Translations under genes and position numbers: made by a program
Notes under the pieces: model-generated
What the model was told of the DNA's origin: nothing
The model's input: only the letters and a program-made list of their open reading frames with translations
Database searches by the model: none
Shown: positions 40,853-50,040 of the stretch, piece after piece
How the letters are laid out: every line of letters starts with the position of its first letter
Numbering within the stretch: position 1 is the stretch's first letter
Source: an uncultured bacterium
Lineage (GTDB): Bacteria; Auribacterota; Erginobacteria; Erginobacterales; Erginobacteraceae
Length of the DNA stretch: 64,000 nucleotides
NCBI GenBank assembly: GCA_963822585.1
Contig: CAWGIE010000031.1
Span: 192,001-256,000, forward strand
Direction: 5' to 3'

Positions 40853-40904
40853 AATACCCTGCTTATTATGGTCCCGTGCCTGCAGCAAAATATTTCGAGG
40901 AATC

Positions 40905-40992
40905 GTAATGGAGTAATGGAGTATTGGAGTACTGGAATACCGGGGGCAATCTCCCGACATTCCAGCAATCCATCATTCCAACTCTCCATTCT
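40905..40992. repeat. 8-bp GGAGTA(A/T)T tandem repeats with inverted arm
   Basis: gtaatggagtaatggagtattggagtactggaata ... cattccagcaatccatcattccaactctccatt. Confidence 0.7.
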
Positions 40993-41941
40993 ACAAGTTG
41001 TTGTACACCGAGTCTTTTAAAAAAGTATAGGCCCGGAGCAATTCCCGGATCCCGGCGGATAACGTCCAGAGGGGCCGGAATCCGGCCTGCTCGATTTTCT
41101 CGTTGCTCACGATGTAGTCCCGCTGGTCAGGGTCTTTTCCGATCTCCGAGGTGATGATGACCAGTTCCGGGACCTGGCGTTTGATCAGCCGGCACAACTC
41201 CAGTTTGGAGAGATTGGCGTTGCTGAGTCCGACATTATACACCTGATTTTTCATCCGCGGGAAATGAACTGCTCCGAGATAAAAAACCCGGGAGATATCC
41301 CGGACATGGATGAAGTTTCGCTTGAAATGCTCTTCAAAGAGCACGATGCACCGGTCCCGGACCGCGCGGTAGCTAAAATCATTGACCATCAGATCCACCC
41401 TCATCCGGGGCGAGACCCCGAATGCCGTGGCCAGGCGGAAGGCGATCGCGTTGCCTTTGTCGAGCAGGATCTTCTCCGCCTCCACCTTCGTCCGTCCGTA
41501 TAAAGAGATCGGCCGCAGCGGGGACTCCTCCGTGCAGTAAATCCCCTTCTCCCCGATTCCATAGCCGCTGTTGGTCACGGGGAAGAGCACCCGCTGCTCC
41601 CGGCTCCGGAGATCGTTGAGCAGTTTTACCGCGCCCACGTTGATGCTCCGGGAGTCCGCCGGCCGCAGATCACAGGCGGGCGCCCCGACTACCGCCGCCA
41701 GAGGGATCAGGATATCCGCTGCGGCGATCAGGGGCCTGATAACCGCCTTCTCCCGGACATCCCCCCTGATGATGCTAAGACCGGAAAAATGACAGAGATG
41801 GAGCAGCGAGGTCCGACAGTAACGAAAATCATCGAGGACCGTAACCGGATGACCCTTCTTCAGAAAATGCTCCACCATGATCGAACCCACGTACCCGGCT
41901 CCGCCGGTGATCAGAATCTTCTCTTTCGCCTTGCCTGCCAT
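40991..41941 (-). CDS. SDR closely resembling Campylobacter Cj1427-type GDP-D-glycero-alpha-D-manno-heptose C4 dehydrogenase
   Basis: IPLAAVVGAP, TNSGYGIGEK, CTEESPLRPISLYG, FRLATAFGVSPRMR.DL.VNDF, VLFEEHFKRN, DPDQRDY match that family as I recall it. Confidence 0.8.
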   Translation of the reverse strand: MAGKAKEKILITGGAGYVGSIMVEHFLKKGHPVTVLDDFRYCRTSLLHLCHFSGLSIIRGDVREKAVIRPLIAAADILIPLAAVVGAPACDLRPADSRSINVGAVKLLNDLRSREQRVLFPVTNSGYGIGEKGIYCTEESPLRPISLYGRTKVEAEKILLDKGNAIAFRLATAFGVSPRMRVDLMVNDFSYRAVRDRCIVLFEEHFKRNFIHVRDISRVFYLGAVHFPRMKNQVYNVGLSNANLSKLELCRLIKRQVPELVIITSEIGKDPDQRDYIVSNEKIEQAGFRPLWTLSAGIRELLRAYTFLKDSVYNNL

Positions 41942-42007
41942 TTTTTCTCCTTATCTATATTTTATCTCTCCAGTATTTCTGATTCCCTAACATAACGTTT
42001 CATAAAA

Positions 42008-42106
42008 CCACGAAGGGCACGAAGAGCACGAAGGTTACCGCCAAGGAGAGTACATACCTGTCTGGTCTATCAACGGTTCTTCGTGTCCTTCGTGTTCTTC
42101 GTGGTT
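42008..42106. repeat. 9-bp CACGAAG(G/A)G tandem repeats with inverted arm
   Basis: ccacgaagggcacgaagagcacgaagg ... ttcttcgtgtccttcgtgttcttcgtggtt. Confidence 0.8.
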
Positions 42107-42109
42107 ATT

Positions 42110-43039
42110 TTACATTTTTCCCGGTGTATCTGCCAGGTGGCTGGCGAGTATCGGCAGGCCTTCCGAGAGGGGGATCTTCGGGGTGAATCCGAAGAGCTCC
42201 TCCATCTCCCGGGAGGAGGGCCGGAAGTCGATATACTCTGGTACCCGACCGGCAGTCTCAATGACAGCCTCGATCTCGAAGATGCGGGCCGCCGCCTCAA
42301 CCAGCTGCTTGATGGTCAGGGGTTCGCCCAGGCAAAAATCCACTACCCGGTTGCCGGCATCGCTCTTCAGTACCGCACTTACTCCCCGCACCGTGTCTTC
42401 CACGAACATGGCATCGATCAGGTTTTGACCGTCACCACGGATGGTGAAAGACGGCTTCCGTTCAAGGGCAAATCTCTTCACCAGGCGGGTATAGATCTTG
42501 CGTGGCGGCTCGTAGGGACCATAAGCCCCGAAAAACCGAAGGATGACATACTGATCGATCCGGCCGGTTTTTTGGAAGAACTTAATGTACTGCTCGCAGG
42601 CCAATTTCCCGATCGCGTAAGGCAAACGGGGGTCAAGGCGGGATGAGGGGGATATTGCTCCCGAGAGCCCGTCATAGACCGCCCCGGAGGAGAAATAGAT
42701 AAACCGGCCCACGGTGAAATGCTGTAAGAAATGCACCAGCCCGAGAACGGTATCGGTTAGATCCACATCCGGATGGGATACCGAATAGGCGGGGTCTCCA
42801 TTCCCGGCCAGGTAGATCACCGCTTCAATCTGACCGTCTCTTTTCTCAGCCAAAGCCGACAGAGCGGCTTGATCGGTCAGGTCGATGCATTCTATTTCGA
42901 CTTCGGCAAGAGAATGATCCTCCACGAAACCCGGGAGTTCCCCTCCCCGGTCAATCGCGATCAGGTGATGATCGGGTGACAACCCCAGAAGAAGGTTCTT
43001 CCCGATAAATCCGCCGGCGCCGGTAATGGTGACATGCAT
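42110..43039 (-). CDS. NAD-dependent epimerase/dehydratase (SDR)
   Basis: TGAGGFIG, SSGAVY, YAIGK, AYGP. Confidence 0.87.
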   Translation of the reverse strand: MHVTITGAGGFIGKNLLLGLSPDHHLIAIDRGGELPGFVEDHSLAEVEIECIDLTDQAALSALAEKRDGQIEAVIYLAGNGDPAYSVSHPDVDLTDTVLGLVHFLQHFTVGRFIYFSSGAVYDGLSGAISPSSRLDPRLPYAIGKLACEQYIKFFQKTGRIDQYVILRFFGAYGPYEPPRKIYTRLVKRFALERKPSFTIRGDGQNLIDAMFVEDTVRGVSAVLKSDAGNRVVDFCLGEPLTIKQLVEAAARIFEIEAVIETAGRVPEYIDFRPSSREMEELFGFTPKIPLSEGLPILASHLADTPGKM

Positions 43040-43092
43040 TGTTTTATTCCGTCAATTTGCAGTAATAACAAAGGTTACGGGGATAAGAAAAC

Positions 43093-43192
43093 CGGTAATC
43101 GGTAATCGGTGATCAGTAATCAGGTGTCCCCGCAAGAGCGGCCGGTTGACTGATTACCGATTACTGATTACTGATCACCGATTACCGATCAC
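43093..43192. repeat. Heptamer inverted array
   Basis: ggtaatc ggtaatc ggtgatc agtaatc ... actgatt accgatt actgatt actgatc accgatt accgatc. Confidence 0.85.
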
Positions 43193-44154
43193 TTTTTCCC
43201 GCTCCCCTCCCACCCCCGGTACCACTCGATGCTCCGTTTCAAACCTTCTTCCAACATCACCGACGGCTCAAAGCCCAGCAGCTTCAGGGCTTTTTGCGTG
43301 CTCGGAATTCTCAATGCCACGTCTGCCCCCAGTTCCTCCCGGAACTGGAGTCTCGATGAGGAGCCGCTGAGGACAATGATTTTCTCCGCCAGATCACGGA
43401 TGGTGACGGCGGCCATGTGGTTGCCGATATTGAAGACCTGTCCCACCGCTTCCTCTTTTTCCAGGCAGAGAAGAACCCCCCGCACAAAGTCTTCTATATA
43501 GCACCAGGCGCGGATCTGGGAGCCGTCGCCGTTGATAAAGAGAGGGTCTCCCCGCAACGCGGCCAGGATGAACTTCTGAACCGCCCCTTCTCCCACCTGG
43601 TAGGGCCCGTAGATATTGAACGGCCTGACCGTGACGGCGGGCAACCCGTATTCGACATAGTAGCAGTGGGTCATGTGCTCGGCGGCCAGCTTGCTGACGG
43701 CGTATATCCATCGGAGCACCCCCACCCGCCCGTGAATGGTGGAATCTCCCTCATCGGCCTGGTAAACGAAAGACCCGTAAACCTCGCTGGTGGAGAAATC
43801 AATCAGCCTCTCCACACCTTCCCGGACCGCCGCGTCGAGCACGTTCTCGGTTCCCCTCATGTTCACCTTCATCGTCACGGTCGGCCGTTTGTTTACCGTA
43901 TCAATCCCGGCGATGGCCGCCAGGTGAACGACCAGCCGGCAGCCGGCCATCGCGCCGGCCAGGCGGTCGCAATCGAGGACATCTCCCTTGATGAAAGAAA
44001 CGTTGGGATGATCGGGGAGGTCGGTCAGGTGAATGGCGTCCCGGTGCTGATTGTCGTAGATCACCACTTCGTTCTCGTCGGCCAGCACCCGGCAGAGGTT
44101 GGTTCCGATAAAACCGGCGCCGCCGGTCAATAGTATTTTTTTACCCTGAATCAT
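43189..44154 (-). CDS. NAD-dependent nucleotide-sugar epimerase/dehydratase/decarboxylase (SDR)
   Basis: TGGAGFIG, STSEVYG, YAVSK, RPFNIYGP, GDGSQIRAWCY. Confidence 0.9.
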   Translation of the reverse strand: MIQGKKILLTGGAGFIGTNLCRVLADENEVVIYDNQHRDAIHLTDLPDHPNVSFIKGDVLDCDRLAGAMAGCRLVVHLAAIAGIDTVNKRPTVTMKVNMRGTENVLDAAVREGVERLIDFSTSEVYGSFVYQADEGDSTIHGRVGVLRWIYAVSKLAAEHMTHCYYVEYGLPAVTVRPFNIYGPYQVGEGAVQKFILAALRGDPLFINGDGSQIRAWCYIEDFVRGVLLCLEKEEAVGQVFNIGNHMAAVTIRDLAEKIIVLSGSSSRLQFREELGADVALRIPSTQKALKLLGFEPSVMLEEGLKRSIEWYRGWEGSGKK

Positions 44155-44275
44155 TATAAAATTTTCCTCCGGAAAATTTTAAACATTCAAATCAATTAAC
44201 AGACCCCCGACGCTCGCGGCGGAGGGCACTGAATTAGCAACCGGTGAGCGCTAATTGGAAACATAATAACAAGGC

Positions 44276-46513
44276 TCACTGTTGTATTTCAAGCAAAGTA
44301 TCTCCCGGGGCGGAGGGGGTGGCTGACGCGGACTCCTCCACCGGGAATGAGATCTTCAGCCGTCCGCTCCGATGAGCTTTGTGATGAGGCATCCCTCCCC
44401 GGGAGTAATACATCACTTCCCCCAGCGGAAGATCGATCCAGGGAGACTTGCTGTAGAATACCCAGGTGCCCAGCCGCCAGCTGCTGCCGACGAAGAGCGG
44501 GCCGCCGGGAGCGGTGAATTCCCACCTGCTCCACGCACCCGCCTGCTCCCCCTCCAGCAACGGCGAAACGGCCGCCTGCCGATCGGGGAGTCCGTCCCCG
44601 TTGCTGTCCGTGTAAACAATCATCCGGAAGGCCCCGCCGGGACCCGGGGCGGCATGAGCCATCTCCAGCACCACCTTCTGCCCTCGGGGAACTTCCCGCG
44701 TGACTTCCCAGAGACCGATATCGAAGTAGTCCGCGTACTCCGTACCGGGGAGTGCCCCTCCGGGGGGAGGCCGGTCTCCGGAAGTCGCCGTCTCTTCCGG
44801 GAGCTGGCCGTCACGGCGGCTTTTGACGGCGATAATCCAGCTTTCGATATGCTGTTTCCGGAAGCGTTCATCCCAGACGACGGGGGCATTGGCGCGGCGG
44901 CGGAGCCGCTTCCCCGCCCAGTCCACGACATCGTCCGCCAGCAGGGGCACGATATCGACCGGGAACTTTTGTAATATCTCCATTTGATAAAAGCGGTTGA
45001 GGTAGGAATACTCGGTTGCCAGGTTGGTGTGCCAGCCGTGGAGTACCAGAATATCTCCGTCCTTCAGTGTGGACCGGGTCTGCCGGGTATAGCCGCGCAG
45101 GGGACGGCCGGCCCAGAAACCGGTTTTCTGCAGTTCATCGGTGAAGATGCGGCGGTCGAGAAAATGATCTTTCAGGAAGAGGGCACTCCGGGAGATATCG
45201 GCGAAGCTCTCCCGCGACCAGTAAAGAACAAAAGCGGTGAAGAGCAGGCTGGTGCCCAGGCAGATAAAGAGAGCGGCGCGACCGACCCATTTGATTTTAT
45301 TCCATCCCCAGAGCCGGCTTAATCCGTACCCGGCCAGGACCAGGGCAAAAGGGACCAGGGTGTATTGATATCGCGGCGTCCACCATTTATTAACCACCAG
45401 GGCGTAGAAAATGGCGGATAGAAAATAACCGTAAAAAGACAGCCAGAGTACCCGCCGGGCGCAATGCCAGAGCGAGACCAGGGTCATGATCAGGCCCAGG
45501 AGAGCCGCCAGGGCAACCGGGTACACGATAACGTAGGGATAAGAATAGAGATAATGGGAAAGCCATGCCTGCCAGCGCCCCGCGAGGGAGCCGTAGGAGG
45601 TGATCATCCCCTGCTGGTACCAGGTGCTTTGAGCCAGGTCGATCTGCCAGATATAGAGAAAATAATAGCTGCTGAAAGCCAGGGTCATCACGATCGGGAC
45701 CAGCGGTCTCCGGTACCACCATCCCCTGATCTCCCCCCTCCGGGGGATCGGGTAGATGAGGATCAGGGAAGCGATCAGCCACGCTCCTCCGCTGAAAGCA
45801 AGCTGCCAGGCCGCTGAACCAACGGGAAGACGGACCGGGAAGAAGACCAGGACCTGGGCGAAATATAACTGGACATGATTCTGGAACGGGGGACTGGTAA
45901 AAAAGGCGGCGGCCAGCGCGGTCAGGCCGGCCGGGAAAACAACCAGCCAGAGACGGAGCTTGTTTTCCCGGACTGTCTTGACCCCAAAATATCCGGCGGC
46001 CGCGATGACGGCCACCGGGACCAAAACTAGACCGGTCGGATAGGTGAGCACGGCCACGCCGCCGCTGAAAATGCCCCCGGCCAGAAAGAGCACCCGATCG
46101 GATTCGATGTATTTAAAAATGCCGTATACAAAAAGCAGGACAAAGAGAGAATACAGGCTGTGGGGGAATATCCGCAAAGACCAGCGAAATATCAGGGGGG
46201 AGACCGAATAAAGCAGGATGGTGAAAAGAGCGCTTCGGCGATCATAGATAATCCGGGCCAGACCGAACAAGGGAAAAATAGCCAGGGACGCGGCCAGGAT
46301 GGAAACCAGGCGGCCGGCAATAACCGGATCGCCCGTTATTTTCCTGAGCAGCACGATCGCGAATGGATAGGCGGGAAGAATGATGGTACCCTGGATCCGT
46401 TCCAGGGCGTTCATGTAAAGAATGCTGTCGGTATAGGTGGCGGGATGCCAGTTGATAAGGAGCAGTCGGGCGAGCAGGTTAACCCCGAAGATAATAAATA
46501 CCCATCTTTTCAC
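44276..46513 (-). CDS. GT-C (PMT_2/ArnT-like) glycosyltransferase with C-terminal HAAxG domain
   Basis: YTDSILY, PAYP, GRLVS, SPL, PRY; polytopic. Confidence 0.82.
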   Translation of the reverse strand: MKRWVFIIFGVNLLARLLLINWHPATYTDSILYMNALERIQGTIILPAYPFAIVLLRKITGDPVIAGRLVSILAASLAIFPLFGLARIIYDRRSALFTILLYSVSPLIFRWSLRIFPHSLYSLFVLLFVYGIFKYIESDRVLFLAGGIFSGGVAVLTYPTGLVLVPVAVIAAAGYFGVKTVRENKLRLWLVVFPAGLTALAAAFFTSPPFQNHVQLYFAQVLVFFPVRLPVGSAAWQLAFSGGAWLIASLILIYPIPRRGEIRGWWYRRPLVPIVMTLAFSSYYFLYIWQIDLAQSTWYQQGMITSYGSLAGRWQAWLSHYLYSYPYVIVYPVALAALLGLIMTLVSLWHCARRVLWLSFYGYFLSAIFYALVVNKWWTPRYQYTLVPFALVLAGYGLSRLWGWNKIKWVGRAALFICLGTSLLFTAFVLYWSRESFADISRSALFLKDHFLDRRIFTDELQKTGFWAGRPLRGYTRQTRSTLKDGDILVLHGWHTNLATEYSYLNRFYQMEILQKFPVDIVPLLADDVVDWAGKRLRRRANAPVVWDERFRKQHIESWIIAVKSRRDGQLPEETATSGDRPPPGGALPGTEYADYFDIGLWEVTREVPRGQKVVLEMAHAAPGPGGAFRMIVYTDSNGDGLPDRQAAVSPLLEGEQAGAWSRWEFTAPGGPLFVGSSWRLGTWVFYSKSPWIDLPLGEVMYYSRGGMPHHKAHRSGRLKISFPVEESASATPSAPGDTLLEIQQ

Positions 46514-46579
46514 GAGAAAGTTATTTGACGGTTTTGAGTAGTGCTCTGCCGTAATGTATCCAATCAGCCAACCCTAAAA

Positions 46580-46792
46580 AAATTCCAAATCCTAAGCACC
46601 AAATAACAAACAAATTCTAAATAACAATGACCAAAATTCCAAACGAATCACTAACGTCAAGGGAATAACTTTAACTTCATTGTAACGCCTTGGTTATTCG
46701 GTTGGACACTTTGGTTAACCTGGGCTTTACCAGGCTGTTTGGAATTTTGAATTTGTGATTTATTTGTTATTTGGTGCTTGTGATTTGGAATT
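46580..46792. repeat. Long imperfect AT-rich inverted repeat (~60-bp arms)
   Basis: aaattccaaatcctaagcaccaaataacaaacaaat ... atttatttgttatttggtgcttgtgatttggaattt. Confidence 0.8.
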
Positions 46793-46831
46793 TATGCGGC
46801 GTCCTTTTCATTTAAATATCATAAAAGGCAT

Positions 46832-48943
46832 TTATTCCCCTGATTCTGATTGTTCATCCTCAATCTCCACCGTCATGTTGGTGGAGCGGGGACCGGTGGA
46901 AAGAACCGGCGCGCCGCCCTGCGAATAAAACATTGTTGGAGAGAAATCCTTGCTCTTCCAGCCGGTTCGGTCAAAGAAAACCCGGGCCCCGTCTTCCCAG
47001 GTGTCTCCCAGAAATATCTTGCCGTCGGGCGCGGAAAACGTCCAGTAGCTCCAGTCTCCGGCAGTGCGGGCGGTGAGAAAGATCGACCGCCCAAGTTCCC
47101 GATCAGGTTTATCGTCCTTGTTTTGGTCCCCATAGGCGACAATATAAAAGCCCCCTTCCTTGCCGGCGGCGGCATGCTGGAGCTTGACCATAAGGGTATC
47201 CCCGGGCTGATAGGGCTTTTTCACTTCCCAGATCTGCAGCCGGTGTCCCGGAGAAGTCCGGGTTTGAACGGTAGGCACGGGCGCCCGATCGGTGCTGACC
47301 CGGAATTCCCCCGCCCCCGAGAGTTCCTCCAGGTAGGATTTAAGCTGGAGCTGATAGAGGAGATTCAATACCCCCACTATCAAAACAACGATCAAAAGTC
47401 CAATGGCTACTTTGGCCAGACCGGAGGAAACTCCTCCGGAATATCCCGGCCCGGAACCGTTTTTTTCTTTCTTCCCGTAAAATGTCATGGTTATTCCTCC
47501 TATCAGCCAGATCAGGTAAAGGGGAACTAAGCTCAGGGAACCAAGGCGGTGGTTTAAAAGGACAAGCTGCCCCTTTAGCCCGGCTACTTCCCCCAGGTTA
47601 AAGGCATTGAAATACCCGGAGATCGCTGAATTGGTTTGAAAGGTTGTTTCCTGGTTTATGGAGAGGTTTCCATTGAAAAAGGCGAAAAAATAGAGATCGC
47701 GGAACGGGTGGGCGACGTACTCCTCCGGTCTCACCGAGACGGCGGTCAGCATGAAGAAGATGGAGAGAGCGGCCAGGAGAGCCGAAAACCGGGGGAACCT
47801 GACGACAAAGAAGAAGGCCAGCAGCGCCAGATAGGGGAGCATCTCCATCGCGTGCCGGGGCCCGAGGGCCTTGCCCCCGTACCAGTACGGGTAGATGCTG
47901 TTGATGAAGAAATATACCGTCACCAGCACGGTGAGAGTAACGAGAAGGCCCCGTAATCCTTTCCGTTTCGAGAAGTAATAGAAACCGGGCACTGCCAGGA
48001 TCAGGAAAGGGGAGATATGGAAAAGGCCCCGAAAAGGACCGAAAGATGTCTGGTAGAGCGCCTTGACCAGTTCGGCCGTCTGGAATCCCAGCAGTGGTCC
48101 TTTCCGATAGGCCGCGTGAGCGGCGGCTCTCTTATCGAAATAGGCGACGAAGAACAAGTTTCCGAATACCAGGTAATTATACACGATCAGTACACAGGCC
48201 GGGATGACGAGACCGGCCAGAAAAAGGCCGAAACGAAGGGGCCGCCCTCCTTTGTGAAAAAGTGATCGGAGCAGGCAATAGAGCGAGAGCAATGAAACGA
48301 TCACGATCGTCGGGTACTCCGTCACCACCGCCCAGCCGCCGCTTAAGCCGGCCAGAAAGAGATAAATCGGGCCGCGGGCCGCAGTGGGAGCATGAACCAG
48401 ATATTTATAAAGCAGATAAAAAGAGATCAGTGTCAGGACCGAGCTCACCATGTGGCCGTATAACACCGTCGAATAGGCGAAAGCCGGGGTGCCGAGAAAA
48501 AGCCCCAGGGTGCAGATCAAGCGCGGAACCGCACCGGCATAAAAGAGACCGAGCAGGCGAAAGAAGACGACGCCGCCCAGGGCGCAGGGAAGCGCCACCA
48601 GGAGAACGGTGACCAGGTAGCAGGAGAGGAGGTAATAAAAATCTTCCGAGGTGAGAGCGATGATGGTCCCCTTCAGGCGGGAGATGAGGAAATAGGGAAC
48701 GACACCGGAAAGACTCATCCCGGGAGCCTTGTTCGGGTAGATCCTGCCGTCAACTTCAACCACGTCGTGACTGGGAACCCGGATACCTTTGAAATGGAGC
48801 TGTCCCCGTTCGGCGATCGCCCGCATCTGGCCGAGACGGGCATTCTGGTTGGCTCCGCCCCCCTGGTAAAAATACGCGAAGCTGCAAAATAACACCAGGA
48901 AGAGCGTGATTTCTAATCTATTCTTCCGGAGAGACAAATCCAT
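46832..48943 (-). CDS. Polytopic GT-C-like membrane protein with C-terminal HAAxG domain
   Basis: NQNAR, YPNKAPG, GTPAFAYS..LYGH, TEYP, RGLF.ISP, W.GG.ALGPRH; GGAGG RBS before ATG 48943. Confidence 0.8.
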   Translation of the reverse strand: MDLSLRKNRLEITLFLVLFCSFAYFYQGGGANQNARLGQMRAIAERGQLHFKGIRVPSHDVVEVDGRIYPNKAPGMSLSGVVPYFLISRLKGTIIALTSEDFYYLLSCYLVTVLLVALPCALGGVVFFRLLGLFYAGAVPRLICTLGLFLGTPAFAYSTVLYGHMVSSVLTLISFYLLYKYLVHAPTAARGPIYLFLAGLSGGWAVVTEYPTIVIVSLLSLYCLLRSLFHKGGRPLRFGLFLAGLVIPACVLIVYNYLVFGNLFFVAYFDKRAAAHAAYRKGPLLGFQTAELVKALYQTSFGPFRGLFHISPFLILAVPGFYYFSKRKGLRGLLVTLTVLVTVYFFINSIYPYWYGGKALGPRHAMEMLPYLALLAFFFVVRFPRFSALLAALSIFFMLTAVSVRPEEYVAHPFRDLYFFAFFNGNLSINQETTFQTNSAISGYFNAFNLGEVAGLKGQLVLLNHRLGSLSLVPLYLIWLIGGITMTFYGKKEKNGSGPGYSGGVSSGLAKVAIGLLIVVLIVGVLNLLYQLQLKSYLEELSGAGEFRVSTDRAPVPTVQTRTSPGHRLQIWEVKKPYQPGDTLMVKLQHAAAGKEGGFYIVAYGDQNKDDKPDRELGRSIFLTARTAGDWSYWTFSAPDGKIFLGDTWEDGARVFFDRTGWKSKDFSPTMFYSQGGAPVLSTGPRSTNMTVEIEDEQSESGE

Positions 48944-49082
48944 CCTCCAATCTGCGAGTTCGGCGAGCTGATTTATATAAATAGGTAGCGTCAAAGACAC
49001 TACTTTTATATCATACTGGGATACCTACAGCCACCGGAATATAACTTGCTGCTTCGGAATTTCAATAATCGGAAAAATCATT

Positions 49083-49153
49083 AAATTAGCGGCGCAGCCG
49101 CTAATTTAAAAATAATACTTTTTAAATTCGCGACCAAAGGGAGCTAATTTAAA
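49083..49153. repeat. Short AATTAGCG-loop-CGCTAATT palindromes (related copies at ~24112, ~44231, 52142-52168, ~55920)
   Basis: aaattagcggcgcagccgctaattt; taaattagcgccggaggcgctaattta. Confidence 0.7.
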
Positions 49154-49154
49154 A

Positions 49155-49844
49155 ATGAAAATATTCAGTCGAGAATTCTGGGGAACGGTTCTCATCTGGT
49201 TCGGGGTGGTAATCTTTCTGGCGGTCATCTACGACGCCGTCCGCCCGGTCTTTCCCCGGGAATCACCGTACCCGTTTATCCGATCGATTCAGGCCTTTTT
49301 ACGCGGCGAATCCGCCCGCAAGCCGGAGGTGACGGCAACGGTAAAGACGGAGCACCCTCCCCGCCGTCCGCCGCTCTTTCGCGGTGATGAGACACCGGGG
49401 GGATTACTGACCACCGCCACCTATCAGCCGCCGGCGGAGCACCGGCAGTGGGTCTGGGAGATCAAACCGGGTAGCAAAACCGGAAAGACGGTATCGGTGG
49501 AAATAGCCCATGCCGCCCCGGGCCAATCCGGCGGGTTTTCGATTCTGGCCTACGCGGATACCGATGGAGACGGTTTCCCCGACCGCAAAGTGGCGGAATC
49601 GGCATTTTTAACCGCGGAGAAATCGGGCCAATGGTCAACCTTCACCTTCACCAGCGGGGAAAAGACCCTTTTTGTCGGCAATTCCTGGCCGGAAGGAGCG
49701 AACACCGTCATTTTCAGGGGGAATGGCCTCTGGCCCCTGGCCGAGCCGCTGCTGGAAGGCCGTTTTTATTATGCTGTCGCCGGCGCCGATTCGCGTTCAG
49801 CCGGCCCCGCTTTCACCAACCTGCGGGTCCATTTCTCAGATTAA
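49155..49844 (+). CDS. Single-TM-anchored protein carrying a stand-alone HAAxG domain
   Basis: One N-terminal TM helix, Pro-rich spacer, WEI..HAAPGQSGGF..YADTDGDGFPDR. Confidence 0.85.
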   Translation: MKIFSREFWGTVLIWFGVVIFLAVIYDAVRPVFPRESPYPFIRSIQAFLRGESARKPEVTATVKTEHPPRRPPLFRGDETPGGLLTTATYQPPAEHRQWVWEIKPGSKTGKTVSVEIAHAAPGQSGGFSILAYADTDGDGFPDRKVAESAFLTAEKSGQWSTFTFTSGEKTLFVGNSWPEGANTVIFRGNGLWPLAEPLLEGRFYYAVAGADSRSAGPAFTNLRVHFSD

Positions 49845-50040
49845 TTATTTTTTCTTCGAAAAAATAATTGGTAAATCGTTCGGCGCTATTCGCGCCCTAT
49901 TCCCCCGGCCGGATGTCGGCCGTGTTCAGGGATACCCTTGGCGATAGTATCTGACAGGAAATATTTGTTGTTCAGCGACAGCCGATGGCAGCAAGCGGAC
50001 GGCCACATAATAAGACAGCGAGCGGAGCGCGCTGATTGAC

